The notes below the pieces were generated by a model. It was not told the origin of the DNA. It did not search any database and worked only from the letters and a program-made list of their open reading frames with translations. This document shows positions 36,301 to 45,128 of a stretch of DNA of 64,000 nucleotides, piece by piece. The position numbers were made by a program, and so were the translations under genes. Every line of letters starts with the position of its first letter. The stretch's first letter is position 1. Origin of the DNA: an uncultured Nitrospira sp. (lineage in GTDB: Bacteria > Nitrospirota > Nitrospiria > SBBL01 > JAADHI01); assembly GCA_964451325.1 (NCBI GenBank), contig CAYVHO010000008.1, positions 5,537 to 69,536 of the forward strand. The letters are read 5' to 3'.

Positions 36301-36360
36301 TATATAAGTGGAAATACAAAGCAGGATTAAGGTGATCATTGTCGCCATATTCCAGAGCAC
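33331..36360 (-). CDS. Membrane-anchored multi-PAS/GAF sensor protein with degenerate GGDEF and intact EAL domains
   Basis: 1009 aa. N-terminal TM. PAS-like segments. The GGDEF position reads RLEEDQF with RGED five residues upstream. EAL motifs EALVRW, ELEITE, DDFGTGYSSL, KIDRSF, EGVET and QGYL are all present. Confidence 0.85.
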   Translation of the reverse strand: MLWNMATMITLILLCISTYIIFILFHLKKKNATLLSQNKLLSIVNHFPGILFRCQHDTPLTLLFINEGLYSLTGHHPSTLMREQGGYLSLIHPGDLKTLQTQMQDALETKMALSQQHRILTITGKSQWVQTEGMWVYDKQGNPLFFEGITRDISQQKQSETRSKIIEDIGAACLRASHNEILLEEVLRIVLEGFGTDRAWLTQVTPLEEESSGEGHQIVKVVSQSHLPESDVRGHVLIPLNPARCQQVLASEGTLKCDLKTAWPREDPRSSDTQSMMCTAIKTKVGKPWIFGIHYRNASHFFSKTEDTLFLEIAAQLTQTLNNLCTIKNLSKSDYILTETQRIAHIGVWNLDIVDNILSWSDEIYRIFGLEPKQLEATYEGFLKLVHPDDRSTLDQAYTQSVINGIPYNITHRLLLADGTVKHVKEQCETFYDDAGKAVRSFGIVQDITHQQKVEAKLRQSLIAVNNTEDAVTIMNDKHEIIEINTAYSEITGYTREEVLGKKSDLLRSGKHPEVFLDLQVHDLRDKDLWKGELWKRRKNGALFPTWSTITTVRDSAHKIVNYVLVFSDISPLRSSQKHGHFFGHHDPLTKLPNQILFKDRLDHALRHRQREEKQLAVILLDLDYFRKINERFGYSIGDLLLKQVAKRIKQSIRGEDTVARLEEDQFVILMEKMSQSQDLVFLVKKLKAVFEKVFVVNEHEIPLNISVGISLCPEDATDSEGLMNNATVAMTRAKKVGRNKFQFSTPSLSLATFEHLSLEKALYQALRENELVLHYQAQYSLKTNQVTTAEALVRWNHPELGLLFPDKFIPFAETSGLIQGIEEWILETACAQMDTWIKQGQALNRVSVNVSGVQFQRSDITNWVSQALKKTGLAAEHLELEITETAIMKRISHTIDVLDELSHKGVYITIDDFGTGYSSLSHLSRLPIHRLKIDRSFVQNLPEEKKGMRITRAIKTLAHSLQIGVIAEGVETKAQHRFLQSLGCDEAQGYLYHRPVLGDPSASFLKLR

Positions 36361-36514
36361 GGAATTCCCCTCATGGATGAGTAGAAACCAAAACCACTGT
36401 CACAGACAGTACACAAAAAAAATAAAAAACACCAGGATGACACCAAAATGGTAAGGCGATATCGCTAAGATGTTTAAGGAGGCGCATCTATCCACTGTTT
36501 TTACGACGACAGTT

Positions 36515-36825
36515 TTAGCGCTCGGAGAGCCATTCGTGCTCTGCAAGCGGAACCACGAATGGGGAAATAATCATGTCTGCGACAAGGCTGAAGGGTAAAT
36601 CAATGAGCGGATATTTTGGGGGTACGGTTCCAAATTTTTTTGAAATGCGATCTTTTTTACCTGAAAGTGTGCGCAGGTTGAGTCGTGTGCCACTGAGGAT
36701 TTTTGGGCTGTCATAAAGTAAAGAGAGGGCATTGTCTTCACCGTAGCACAGCCACTCAGTGATAAGAGAGACAAGCCTACCCACAGCAGCAGGAAATGTT
36801 CTTTTTTTGTAACGATTCGGCGCAT
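36515..36825 (-). pseudogene. YceK/YidQ-like lipoprotein gene split over two frames
   Basis: One frame (ORF 36571-36825) encodes the signal peptide and lipobox MRRIV...LLSLSGC. The other frame (ORF 36515-36784) encodes the conserved body ...SGTRLNL...YPLIDLPFSLVADMIISP. The frames switch close to the lipobox. Confidence 0.45.
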
Positions 36826-36837
36826 GCGCCTTTCCTT

Positions 36838-37863
36838 TTATTCGACAAAAGCCACAATCGAATGTAAACCCGAAGTGCCTTCAGGAAATGCCCCGGATAC
36901 AAATGAAGTCTGCGTACGTCCGATCCGGTCGGTCGCACGCACGTAAATCCGATGATCTCCGGGGGATGCCGTTTCCCAGGCATAGTGCCAGTGAACCCAG
37001 GCGTAAGGCGAGGTCGCTTTGGAGTCCAGTTTTACGCGCTGCCAGGTATCAGTGTTGTCAAAAGAGATTTCGACCATGCCAATCCCGTTATAACCTGAAA
37101 AAGCGATGCCCCGAAAGACGGCCCCCTTTTGCACGGTATTGTAGGGGCCAGGGGCATCAATTCTGGAGCTGACTTTGATGGTGCCCTGATCCGTCCAGCT
37201 CCTTTTCTGCCAATAGCCTTTGTAATCATAGTCAGTGAGTTCGAGTTGTGTCAGCCATTTCACACTTTTAATCCCGTATAAACCTGGCACAACAGCCCGG
37301 AGTGGAAAGCCGTGATTTTTATTGAGGGGTTTACCATTCATCTCATAGGCCAAAAAAACATCATATTGTGTGGCACGTTCAATGCTGATGCTGTCGGAAT
37401 AATCGTCCGCGCCGTAGAGCGCGACATCAATGACAGCGGAGCGTGGCTGGACTTCTGTAAGCAGATCTTTGAGTTCGATGCCTTTCCAGAGGGCATTGCT
37501 GATTAAATCCCCCGCGACTTCATTATCGATACAGGTGAGGGTGACCATGCGCTCGATTGCAGGTCTTTTGAGAATGTCTTCATAAGTCAGACGGAGTGGT
37601 TTTTTGACCTTGCCTGTAATTTTAAGGGACCAGGTATTGACGTCGACCGTTTGTGGCCCGGAATATTGCACGATATAAAAATCTTCGGTTGGGGTGATAA
37701 AGGGGGTTTTTTTTGGCGGCAAGGCCAAAAAGCGCTTCATAAAGAATGAGCCCGCTTCGGCACGTTTTGCAAAAAGCGTTGAGGCAATGCCCAAGCCGGA
37801 AACCTGTAAAAACTTTCTGCGTTTTAGTTTTTTAAGGTAAACTCCAGGCGTGATTTTCGGCAT
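36838..37863 (-). CDS. Tat-exported molybdopterin oxidoreductase, sulfite oxidase family
   Basis: Twin-arginine motif KRRKFLQVSGLG. Mo-domain region VTLTCIDNEV, GFPLRAVVPGLYGIKSVKWL, and a C-terminal Ig-like dimerisation-type region. The internal ATG at 37863 is preferred. Confidence 0.8.
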   Translation of the reverse strand: MPKITPGVYLKKLKRRKFLQVSGLGIASTLFAKRAEAGSFFMKRFLALPPKKTPFITPTEDFYIVQYSGPQTVDVNTWSLKITGKVKKPLRLTYEDILKRPAIERMVTLTCIDNEVAGDLISNALWKGIELKDLLTEVQPRSAVIDVALYGADDYSDSISIERATQYDVFLAYEMNGKPLNKNHGFPLRAVVPGLYGIKSVKWLTQLELTDYDYKGYWQKRSWTDQGTIKVSSRIDAPGPYNTVQKGAVFRGIAFSGYNGIGMVEISFDNTDTWQRVKLDSKATSPYAWVHWHYAWETASPGDHRIYVRATDRIGRTQTSFVSGAFPEGTSGLHSIVAFVE

Positions 37864-37950
37864 GGTGGAAATTATATCGAGCCAATCCTTACTTTTCAAG
37901 CACACAAAGGTTTAAATAAATTTCGCGACCTTTTTTTGTCAGTCCTTTTT

Positions 37951-39597
37951 ATGGCAGAGGATAAAAAAAATGCTAAGATTGACTCCATGATCAAGCCCGA
38001 AAATGTTCAGTCCGATCGCCCCGCACGATTAAAAGACAAGACCGCAGGTCTTATGATTCCACTCTTTTCTATTCGCACTGAAAACAACCTGGGGGCTGGA
38101 GAAATTTTAGACCTCATTCCTTTCATGGACTATATGAAGACGCACCACCTCAAGGTGTTACAGTTGCTTCCGATTTATGAAACGGCTCCCGATGAAACAA
38201 GCCCCTATCAGGCCCTGAGTAGTTTTGCGATTGACCCGGCCTATTGGTCTGTTGTTGGAACACACTTTCAAAACGATGATGCCATTCGGGCCTGTTTTGC
38301 CTCTGAAGACACAAAAATCCATTTGAAATATCTAGAGGAAAAAGAGACCACCGATTTGAAGGCCATCCGGGCTTTGAAGTACCACTTGTTTCACTTGGCT
38401 TTCAGAACATTTAAAGCTGAGGAATGGGATAAAGGAACAGCTCAGGCCATTCTTTTTCAGAAATTTACAGAAGAAAAATCAGTGTGGCTTGAAGATTATG
38501 CGCTTTTTTGGCAAATTAAAGAAAATCAGCATTGGATGCCCTGGTGCGATTGGCCCGAGCGTCTGAGAAACCGAGATAAAACATCCTTAAAACAGTTTCA
38601 AGCAGAACATGCGGAAGGCATTCTTTTTATCCAGTATGTGCAATGGGTTTTGTGGTTGCAGTGGGCCGAGGTGCGTCAACATGCAAAGACCTGTCATGTG
38701 AAACTTATGGGGGATTTGCCTTTTTTATTGAGTCAGGACAGTGCGGAAATTTGGCGTGACCCGCATCTTTTTCACGTCGATCTTTCGGTGGGTGCGCCGC
38801 CGGACGATTTTAGTGAGACAGGGCAGGGTTGGGGGCTTCCCTTTTTTAATTGGCAGGAGATGGAAAAAGAAAACCTCAATTGGTGGCGGCTTCGCATGCG
38901 AGAGGCCGCGCAATCGTATGACCTGATTCGTTTGGATCACGTTGTTGGTTTTTTCCGGGCTTGGGTCATGCCTACAAGGGGCCATTCCTATTTTGAGCCC
39001 TGCTCGGAAGCGGCCCAGATCGCACGGGGCAAGGTTTTACTCTCGGCCCTGATTGAAGAGGCTGGGCAATGTATCCCCATTGCCGAAGATTTGGGCTGTA
39101 TCCCCGATTTTGTGCGGAATACTTTAAACGAGATGCAAATCGCGGGTCTGAAAATTATGCGGTGGGAAAAACAGGGAGAGGTTTATATTCACCCAAGGGA
39201 TTATGCCCCCTTGTCGCTTTCAACGACAGGCACACATGATACATCGACCTTGGTGGCCTGGTGGCGAGAGATGTCGTTTGAGTTGCGAAGCAACTTTTTA
39301 GGTTTATTGGATGCACTCGATGTTCATTCCCCGGAATCCGATTTTTCGGAAATATTGCAACAACGGGTATTCGACCTGCTGATGGATAGCCCTTCACAAC
39401 TGGTTATTTTGCCCATTCAAGATATTTTCTTAGAGGAAAATCGGATCAATATTCCTGGAACCGTAGGGCCGCATAACTGGGGCTACCGTATGCCCGTCGC
39501 ACTTTCTGCGATAGATCAAGATCCTCGTTTTTGTGAAAAATTTTCTTATTTGACCGAGGCCATTTTCCGTTCAGGGCGTGGAAGTCAAAAGATATGA
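37951..39597 (+). CDS. malQ: 4-alpha-glucanotransferase (amylomaltase, GH77)
   Basis: PLFSIRTENNLGAGEILDL, LDHVVGFFRAW, EDLG and the TGTHDTST motifs. Confidence 0.85.
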   Translation: MAEDKKNAKIDSMIKPENVQSDRPARLKDKTAGLMIPLFSIRTENNLGAGEILDLIPFMDYMKTHHLKVLQLLPIYETAPDETSPYQALSSFAIDPAYWSVVGTHFQNDDAIRACFASEDTKIHLKYLEEKETTDLKAIRALKYHLFHLAFRTFKAEEWDKGTAQAILFQKFTEEKSVWLEDYALFWQIKENQHWMPWCDWPERLRNRDKTSLKQFQAEHAEGILFIQYVQWVLWLQWAEVRQHAKTCHVKLMGDLPFLLSQDSAEIWRDPHLFHVDLSVGAPPDDFSETGQGWGLPFFNWQEMEKENLNWWRLRMREAAQSYDLIRLDHVVGFFRAWVMPTRGHSYFEPCSEAAQIARGKVLLSALIEEAGQCIPIAEDLGCIPDFVRNTLNEMQIAGLKIMRWEKQGEVYIHPRDYAPLSLSTTGTHDTSTLVAWWREMSFELRSNFLGLLDALDVHSPESDFSEILQQRVFDLLMDSPSQLVILPIQDIFLEENRINIPGTVGPHNWGYRMPVALSAIDQDPRFCEKFSYLTEAIFRSGRGSQKI

Positions 39598-39783
39598 AGG
39601 TTTTTCGCCTGAATCACTTTTACAGGATATGCTTCCCGTGTCATGTGCTGCATTCCGATTTTTACCGGCACCTCCGTTATCCTTAGTTTTCTTGAAATTT
39701 TATTAAAAAAATGCACATTTTTTGCTTGAAAGCGATATGTAAAACTTGTACATTGCATTTTGGAATTTCAATAGGAGTTTGTT

Positions 39784-40044
39784 TTGAAAAAAATCTTTTT
39801 AGAATTAGATGTTTCCGGGACATCAGGCGACGCCGCCTGGAATGAAACGAAAGAGCCCAAGGGGTTTATCAAGGCCGAAATTCAGAAACCGAAAGCGTCC
39901 CGCTGTGACCACAGCCAAAAAACCTCCCATTTGGAAGGGGAATGGCGTGAAGTCACCGTTCAGATTGAAGACACTTGTTTTGAGGGTGCGCTGAGCTTTT
40001 ACAGAAGTCTTGACCGTATTCTGGCGGTTGAAACCGAAGACTGA
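39784..40044 (+). CDS. Hypothetical small protein (86 aa)
   Basis: TTG start 5 nt after an AGGAG RBS, followed by a strong terminator. No recognisable family. Confidence 0.4.
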   Translation: MKKIFLELDVSGTSGDAAWNETKEPKGFIKAEIQKPKASRCDHSQKTSHLEGEWREVTVQIEDTCFEGALSFYRSLDRILAVETED

Positions 40045-40076
40045 GTTTTCTTTGTAGGTTTTGAATTTGTAAAAAA

Positions 40077-40105
40077 AGAGGCTCTGATTTCGAGCCTCTT
40101 TTTTT
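40077..40105 (+). terminator. Rho-independent terminator (bidirectional-looking)
   Basis: AGAGGCTC-TGATTTC-GAGCCTCT followed by a T-run and preceded by an A-run. Confidence 0.7.
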
Positions 40106-40195
40106 AGGGTTGGTTAATGATATCAGCCCTCGCCTAAAAATTGTTCCAGACCTTGCCCGTATTCAAGACACTGTCTTCATCATTTTTTGTGCACT

Positions 40196-40747
40196 TTATC
40201 TGACGAAGTAGGTATCTCGGTAAAACTGAAGTTCTGTAATCGATTCTCTGATGTCGTTAAGGGCTAAATGGCTGCCCGCTTTTGTGGGGGCGGGTGTGCC
40301 CTTGGGATACCAGCGTTTTACAAGTTCTTTGATGGTGCTGACGTCAATATTGCGGTAATGAAGATATTCAAAAAAAGTCGGCATGTAGCGTTCTAAAAAG
40401 CGCCGATCATGGCCGATAGAATTCCCGCAAAGTGGGGATTTTTTTTCTGCACAATAGCGTCTCACAAAACGTAAGGTTTCTTTCTCAGCATCAGCAAGGC
40501 TGATCGTAGAAGACTCGATTCTTTTCAGTAAACCCGATTTTGTATGGGTCTTGCGACTCCACTTCTCCATATTCTTGAGGATTGTTTCAGTCTGATGAAT
40601 GGCAAGCACGGGGCCTTCTTCAAGCACGTTTAGGTGACTGTCTGTGATAATCGTCGCGATCTCGACAATGGTATGTTCGTTTGGGTCTAGACCCGTCATT
40701 TCGAGGTCAAGCCAGACAAGATGTGCTTTATTTTGGGAGTGGCTCAT
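40196..40747 (-). CDS. orn: Oligoribonuclease
   Basis: DEDDh exonuclease motifs LVWLDLEMTGLDP, GNSIGHDRRFL and HLALNDIRESI. ATG 40747 chosen (183 aa). Confidence 0.9.
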   Translation of the reverse strand: MSHSQNKAHLVWLDLEMTGLDPNEHTIVEIATIITDSHLNVLEEGPVLAIHQTETILKNMEKWSRKTHTKSGLLKRIESSTISLADAEKETLRFVRRYCAEKKSPLCGNSIGHDRRFLERYMPTFFEYLHYRNIDVSTIKELVKRWYPKGTPAPTKAGSHLALNDIRESITELQFYRDTYFVR

Positions 40748-40784
40748 TGAGATCCTTATGGGCTTAGAGGAGGAGTGGATAAAG

Positions 40785-42050
40785 TCAAGGCCGACTAATT
40801 TTAGCACTCAAAATAACGGCATCTGCGACTTCACGCATGGTTTTTCTGTTGTTCATACTTTGACGTTGTATCAGTCGGAAGGCTTCTTCTTCGTTGATTT
40901 TGGCCTGTTTCATCAAAATTCCTTTTGCACGTTCAACGGCTTTTCGGGTCTCAAGGGCCTCCTGCATGGCGGAAGATTGTTCGGACAGGCTTGTATTTTC
41001 CATCGCGACGGCGGCTTGATTTGCAACCCCTTGCAACAAGGCAATTTCTTCCTGTGAAAAAGCATGTTTTTTGGAGGTATAGCTGTTTAAGATCCCTACA
41101 ACACGGTTTTTAATCATCATGGGAACGGAAAGTAGGGAAACAAGTCCTTCCTTTTTTGCGAGCTCGGGAAAATGGTAGAGCGGGTCGGTTTTGACATCCA
41201 GTACGGAAATGGGTCGTTTTTCCTGCACAGTGCGTCCTGAAATACTTTCCCCCGTTTTGACATTGGCTTTTCGGCGGTATTCTTCACTGAGACTTTGTGT
41301 CGCAACGATTTTCAGCTCGCCCTGTTTTTTATCCAGCAGCATAATGGAGCAAATTTTAGAACCCATCATGCCCGCGGTCATACTCACAATCAGGTTTAAG
41401 ACTTCTTCGATATAGCGGTCTGATGTGATGGTGCTGCTGACGCGAGAAAGGGTGTCGACCTGCATGGCCTTTCTTTTCATTTCATCGTAAAGCCGTGCAT
41501 TGCCAATGGCATTTCCCACTTGATGTGCGATTGTGGAAAGCAGTCGGATATCTTCTTGACTATGGTGGTGGGGGCTTTTGTATTGGATGTTCAGTACCCC
41601 GATCATTTCTTCTTTGCTAATGACGGGAACCGATAAAAAGGCTTGATAACGATCTTCGGGCAAATGTTGAAAGGATTTGAAGCGGGGGTCGTTTTCAGCA
41701 TTTTCTGAAATCGCCACAGCACGCCGCTCTTTTGCAACCCACCCCGTAATGCCTTCACCCAACTCGACTCGGATTTGGCCGATCAGCTTCGGATGGGGAA
41801 TCTTTGAGGCCTGAAGAACGAGGGCGTCTTTGGATTCGTTGACGAGATAGATCAGACAGGCATCTGCATTGCTTTTTTCGACGACGAGGGCAACGATTTC
41901 TTTTAGAACGATCCCCAGGTCGAGATTGGAACCGATGGATTCGGTAATGCGTTGAAGCAGTTCAAGTTCTTGTGTCTTTTCTTCAAGTGCTGCTTTGAAA
42001 GAAATGCGTGGTTTAGAGCTTATGTGTTTTTTGGCTGGGAGTGACGTCAT
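40785..42050 (-). CDS. GAF-GAF-ANTAR RNA-binding regulator
   Basis: Two GAF-like domains, then the ANTAR signature AVERAKGILMKQAKINEEEAFRLIQRQSMNNRKTMREVADAVI. ATG 42050 is preceded by AAGGAGG. Confidence 0.8.
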   Translation of the reverse strand: MTSLPAKKHISSKPRISFKAALEEKTQELELLQRITESIGSNLDLGIVLKEIVALVVEKSNADACLIYLVNESKDALVLQASKIPHPKLIGQIRVELGEGITGWVAKERRAVAISENAENDPRFKSFQHLPEDRYQAFLSVPVISKEEMIGVLNIQYKSPHHHSQEDIRLLSTIAHQVGNAIGNARLYDEMKRKAMQVDTLSRVSSTITSDRYIEEVLNLIVSMTAGMMGSKICSIMLLDKKQGELKIVATQSLSEEYRRKANVKTGESISGRTVQEKRPISVLDVKTDPLYHFPELAKKEGLVSLLSVPMMIKNRVVGILNSYTSKKHAFSQEEIALLQGVANQAAVAMENTSLSEQSSAMQEALETRKAVERAKGILMKQAKINEEEAFRLIQRQSMNNRKTMREVADAVILSAKISRP

Positions 42051-42245
42051 TGTCACCGCCTCCTTTAATGAGTGCGTTACAAGCGCATGGATAAAATATG
42101 AGGATTTGCGGACAAAAGAGTACCATGTTTTTTTGTTTCCGGCAAGAACGATTCCTTGCAACAGGGGCTTGTTCTGAGAGGATTTTCCCTTTTATCCCGA
42201 CTGATGTTTCAGACGATTCAGGACAGATTTTGTTTTTATCTTGAT

Positions 42246-43397
42246 CTAATTTGTGCCTTTTTGATCTGAAATGTAGCGTCTTTCGATCCGTGGGCCCATA
42301 CCACAAAGGATCTCGTAGACATGGGTTTTTGCCCGTTCTGAAACTTGCTCAGCCCACATGGATGCTGAACCTTCTGAGCCGATGACGGTGACATAATCTC
42401 CGATGATAAGTGGCGGGGCATCGCTTACATCAAGCATACACATATCCATACAAATGCGTCCGAGCACAGGAACCCGTTTCCCTTTGGCAATCATGATACC
42501 TCGGTTTGAAAGTGAAAGGGGGTAGCCATCTGCATACCCGATGGCAACGGTGGCAATCCGGCTTTTGCCTTGTGTAACAAAGGTGCGTCCATAACTAATG
42601 GCTGTCCCCTTTTGTACGGTTTTCAGTGCGATAATCCGGGCCTTCACTTGCATGATGGGCTTAAGCTTAAGTTTATTTGGAGTGGTTTCCTGCAAAGGGG
42701 AATAGCCGTAGAGTGTTATTCCCGGGCGTACGCAGTCCAGTTGCGCTGACTTGATCTGAAGGATGCCCGCACTGTTGGCCAAATGACAAAAAGGGATGTT
42801 CAGGCCTTTATCTTTAAAATCGGTCAAAATGTTTTCAAGTGTCGATAACTGCTTTTGTGAAAAAGAGAGGTCATTGAAGTCCGCCTCTGCAAAATGGCTT
42901 AAGACGCCCTCAAGGGTAATCATGGGATAAGAAAGTACGCTTAGGATAAAAGCCCGGGCTTTTTCCGGTGCGATGCCGAGTCGTCCCATGCCCGTATCGA
43001 CCTTGAGGTGAACTTTGACGTGTTTTCCCTGTTTTACGGCGGCGGTGTTGATGGCTTCAAGTGTTTGCAAATCAAAAACAACGGGGGTCAATTCTTGCGC
43101 AACAATCTCGGGGATTTGATCCAGAATACAGCCCGTTAAAATGAGAATCGGATCACGGATGCCAGCCGATCTGAGGGCAAGTCCTTCTTCAAAGAAGGCG
43201 ACTCCGAACATTTTGATTTTGTTCTTTTGTTGAGAGAGAAATTGGGTGATGGGGACTGCCCCATGACCATAAGCATTGGCTTTTACAATGGCCAGAATAG
43301 GCGTGTTGCCCACCCGGGCCTGAACTTGGCGTAGGTTTTCGTTCAGGGCGTCTAGGTTGATTTCTGCAAAACTGGGTGTTTGTTTGGAGGGGGACAT
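42246..43397 (-). CDS. alr: Alanine racemase
   Basis: PLP-lysine motif AIVKANAYGHGA. Alr-like length and C-terminal domain. Confidence 0.9.
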   Translation of the reverse strand: MSPSKQTPSFAEINLDALNENLRQVQARVGNTPILAIVKANAYGHGAVPITQFLSQQKNKIKMFGVAFFEEGLALRSAGIRDPILILTGCILDQIPEIVAQELTPVVFDLQTLEAINTAAVKQGKHVKVHLKVDTGMGRLGIAPEKARAFILSVLSYPMITLEGVLSHFAEADFNDLSFSQKQLSTLENILTDFKDKGLNIPFCHLANSAGILQIKSAQLDCVRPGITLYGYSPLQETTPNKLKLKPIMQVKARIIALKTVQKGTAISYGRTFVTQGKSRIATVAIGYADGYPLSLSNRGIMIAKGKRVPVLGRICMDMCMLDVSDAPPLIIGDYVTVIGSEGSASMWAEQVSERAKTHVYEILCGMGPRIERRYISDQKGTN

Positions 43398-43469
43398 GAT
43401 CGGGATTAACGCGAATTAAAAAACGGAAACATTGTCGGTTTTTATTCATCGTAGCCGCAAGGCCTTTTT

Positions 43470-44027
43470 TTAGATTTCGAGGACTTCAGCTTCTTTTTTC
43501 TGGAGCACATTCTCAATGATTGTAATTTGTTGATCGGTTAGTTTTTGGACTTTGGCCTGTTCGGTGTGCACCATGTCTTCTGAAATATGGCCTTCTTTTT
43601 GGGTGGTTTTAAAAGCATCATTGGCTTCCCGGCGGATATTTCGGATGGCAATGCGACCCTCTTCACCCATACGTTTGACGAGCTTGACCAACTCTTTTCG
43701 ACGTTCTTCGGTCAGGGGAGGGATGGCAATTCGGATGAGTTTCCCATCGTTAGAAGCCGAAAGCCCCAGGCCTGAGGCCGTCAGTGTTTTTTCAATTTCT
43801 TGCAGCTGGCTGATATCCCAGGGCTGAATGATGACGGTTCGGCTATCTGGAATTGAGAGTGAAGCCATTTGTTGAAGGGGTGTGGGGGTGCCATAAAAGT
43901 TGATTTTGATCGAATCAAAAAGGGCCAGAGAGGCGCGACCGGTTCGAATTGTTGCCAGTTCGGTTTTGAGGTGTTGAATCGCCTTTTCCATTTTTTCGAT
44001 CATTTTTGCTTTTAAGTCATCGGCCAT
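43470..44027 (-). CDS. frr: Ribosome recycling factor
   Basis: MEKAIQHLKTELATIRTGRA and the IPPLTEERRKELVK motifs. ATG 44027 (185 aa) has a GAGGA RBS. Confidence 0.9.
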   Translation of the reverse strand: MADDLKAKMIEKMEKAIQHLKTELATIRTGRASLALFDSIKINFYGTPTPLQQMASLSIPDSRTVIIQPWDISQLQEIEKTLTASGLGLSASNDGKLIRIAIPPLTEERRKELVKLVKRMGEEGRIAIRNIRREANDAFKTTQKEGHISEDMVHTEQAKVQKLTDQQITIIENVLQKKEAEVLEI

Positions 44028-44078
44028 GGTTTTCCTCGTTTCAATCATAGAATCAAATTCGAATTGAATCAAATTCGC

Positions 44079-44807
44079 TCAAGTGTTTAGCGGTTTCCTC
44101 ACCAGAGTTCCGATGGGTTCGCCTCTGAGTACCTTGCGGATGTTTTCTTTTTCCTTAATGTTAAAAACAATAAGGGGCAGGTTGTTGTCCATACAAAGTG
44201 TCACGGCGGTAAAATCCATGACCTGAAGGCCTTTGCTAATCACGTCAATGTAACTCAATTCCTCAAATTTTTTAGCACTTGTATCTTTTACGGGGTCTTT
44301 GTCGTAGACCCCGTCTACTTTTGTCCCCTTTAAAATGACGTCTGCGTTAATTTCCATTGCGCGCAAAACGGCGGCAGTGTCCGTCGAGAAATAGGGGTTG
44401 CCTGTGCCTGCCGCGAAAATGACCACTCGTTTTTTTTCTAAATGACGAATGGCGCGGCGGCGGATATAACTTTCAGCCAACTCTTTCATCTCAATGGCAG
44501 ATTGCACCCGTGTGTAAACGCCCTTGCCTTCCAGCACATTTTGTAAAGCCAAGGCATTTAAAACGGTGGCGAGCATGCCCATGTAGTCGGCAGAGGTGCG
44601 TTCCATGCCCGAGGTGTGGCCTGCGATGCCTCGGAAAATATTGCCCCCGCCAATGACAACGGCTGTTTCGACCCCAAGTTTTGTCATCTCTCTAATCTGC
44701 TCTGCGATCAGGTCGATCATTTCTGGCTGGATACCAAAACGATCTCCACCGGCCAAGACCTCACCACTGACTTTGAGTAGAACACGTTTGTATTTTACTT
44801 CTGACAT
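44079..44807 (-). CDS. pyrH: UMP kinase
   Basis: [19 protein letters not shown] and the [12 protein letters not shown] motifs. Confidence 0.95.
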   Translation of the reverse strand: MSEVKYKRVLLKVSGEVLAGGDRFGIQPEMIDLIAEQIREMTKLGVETAVVIGGGNIFRGIAGHTSGMERTSADYMGMLATVLNALALQNVLEGKGVYTRVQSAIEMKELAESYIRRRAIRHLEKKRVVIFAAGTGNPYFSTDTAAVLRAMEINADVILKGTKVDGVYDKDPVKDTSAKKFEELSYIDVISKGLQVMDFTAVTLCMDNNLPLIVFNIKEKENIRKVLRGEPIGTLVRKPLNT

Positions 44808-45128
44808 TGAAGCTCCAGTCTAAGGGTTAAACATACGTGAGATGGGCTGACATTTGAGGTGGATGTTGAGGTCCTTTTCGCTCAAAATTAAGGTCGAAAC
44901 ATAACATAGGCATGAGGGTCTTCACAATAAAAAGATCGGCCCTTTATCGAGATGCGGTCGGAATCTGAAACAAATAATTTTCATTAAAATCAATGCATCC
45001 TTGTGATTGGACTTTCTTGACGGTATTTTTGGATTCTGCAATAATGATCTGATTGATCTTTTATGCGAAACCCCTGGAAAAAATCGCATTTTTTATTTCC
45101 TTTTAGATTTGAGATGGGAAACAGAACA

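Noticed and set aside
37371-37390. TGGCAC-N5-ATGC on the plus strand inside the sulfite-oxidase-family gene
   Set aside because: It lies within and antisense to a CDS, the -12 element is imperfect, and there is no downstream plus-strand gene start.
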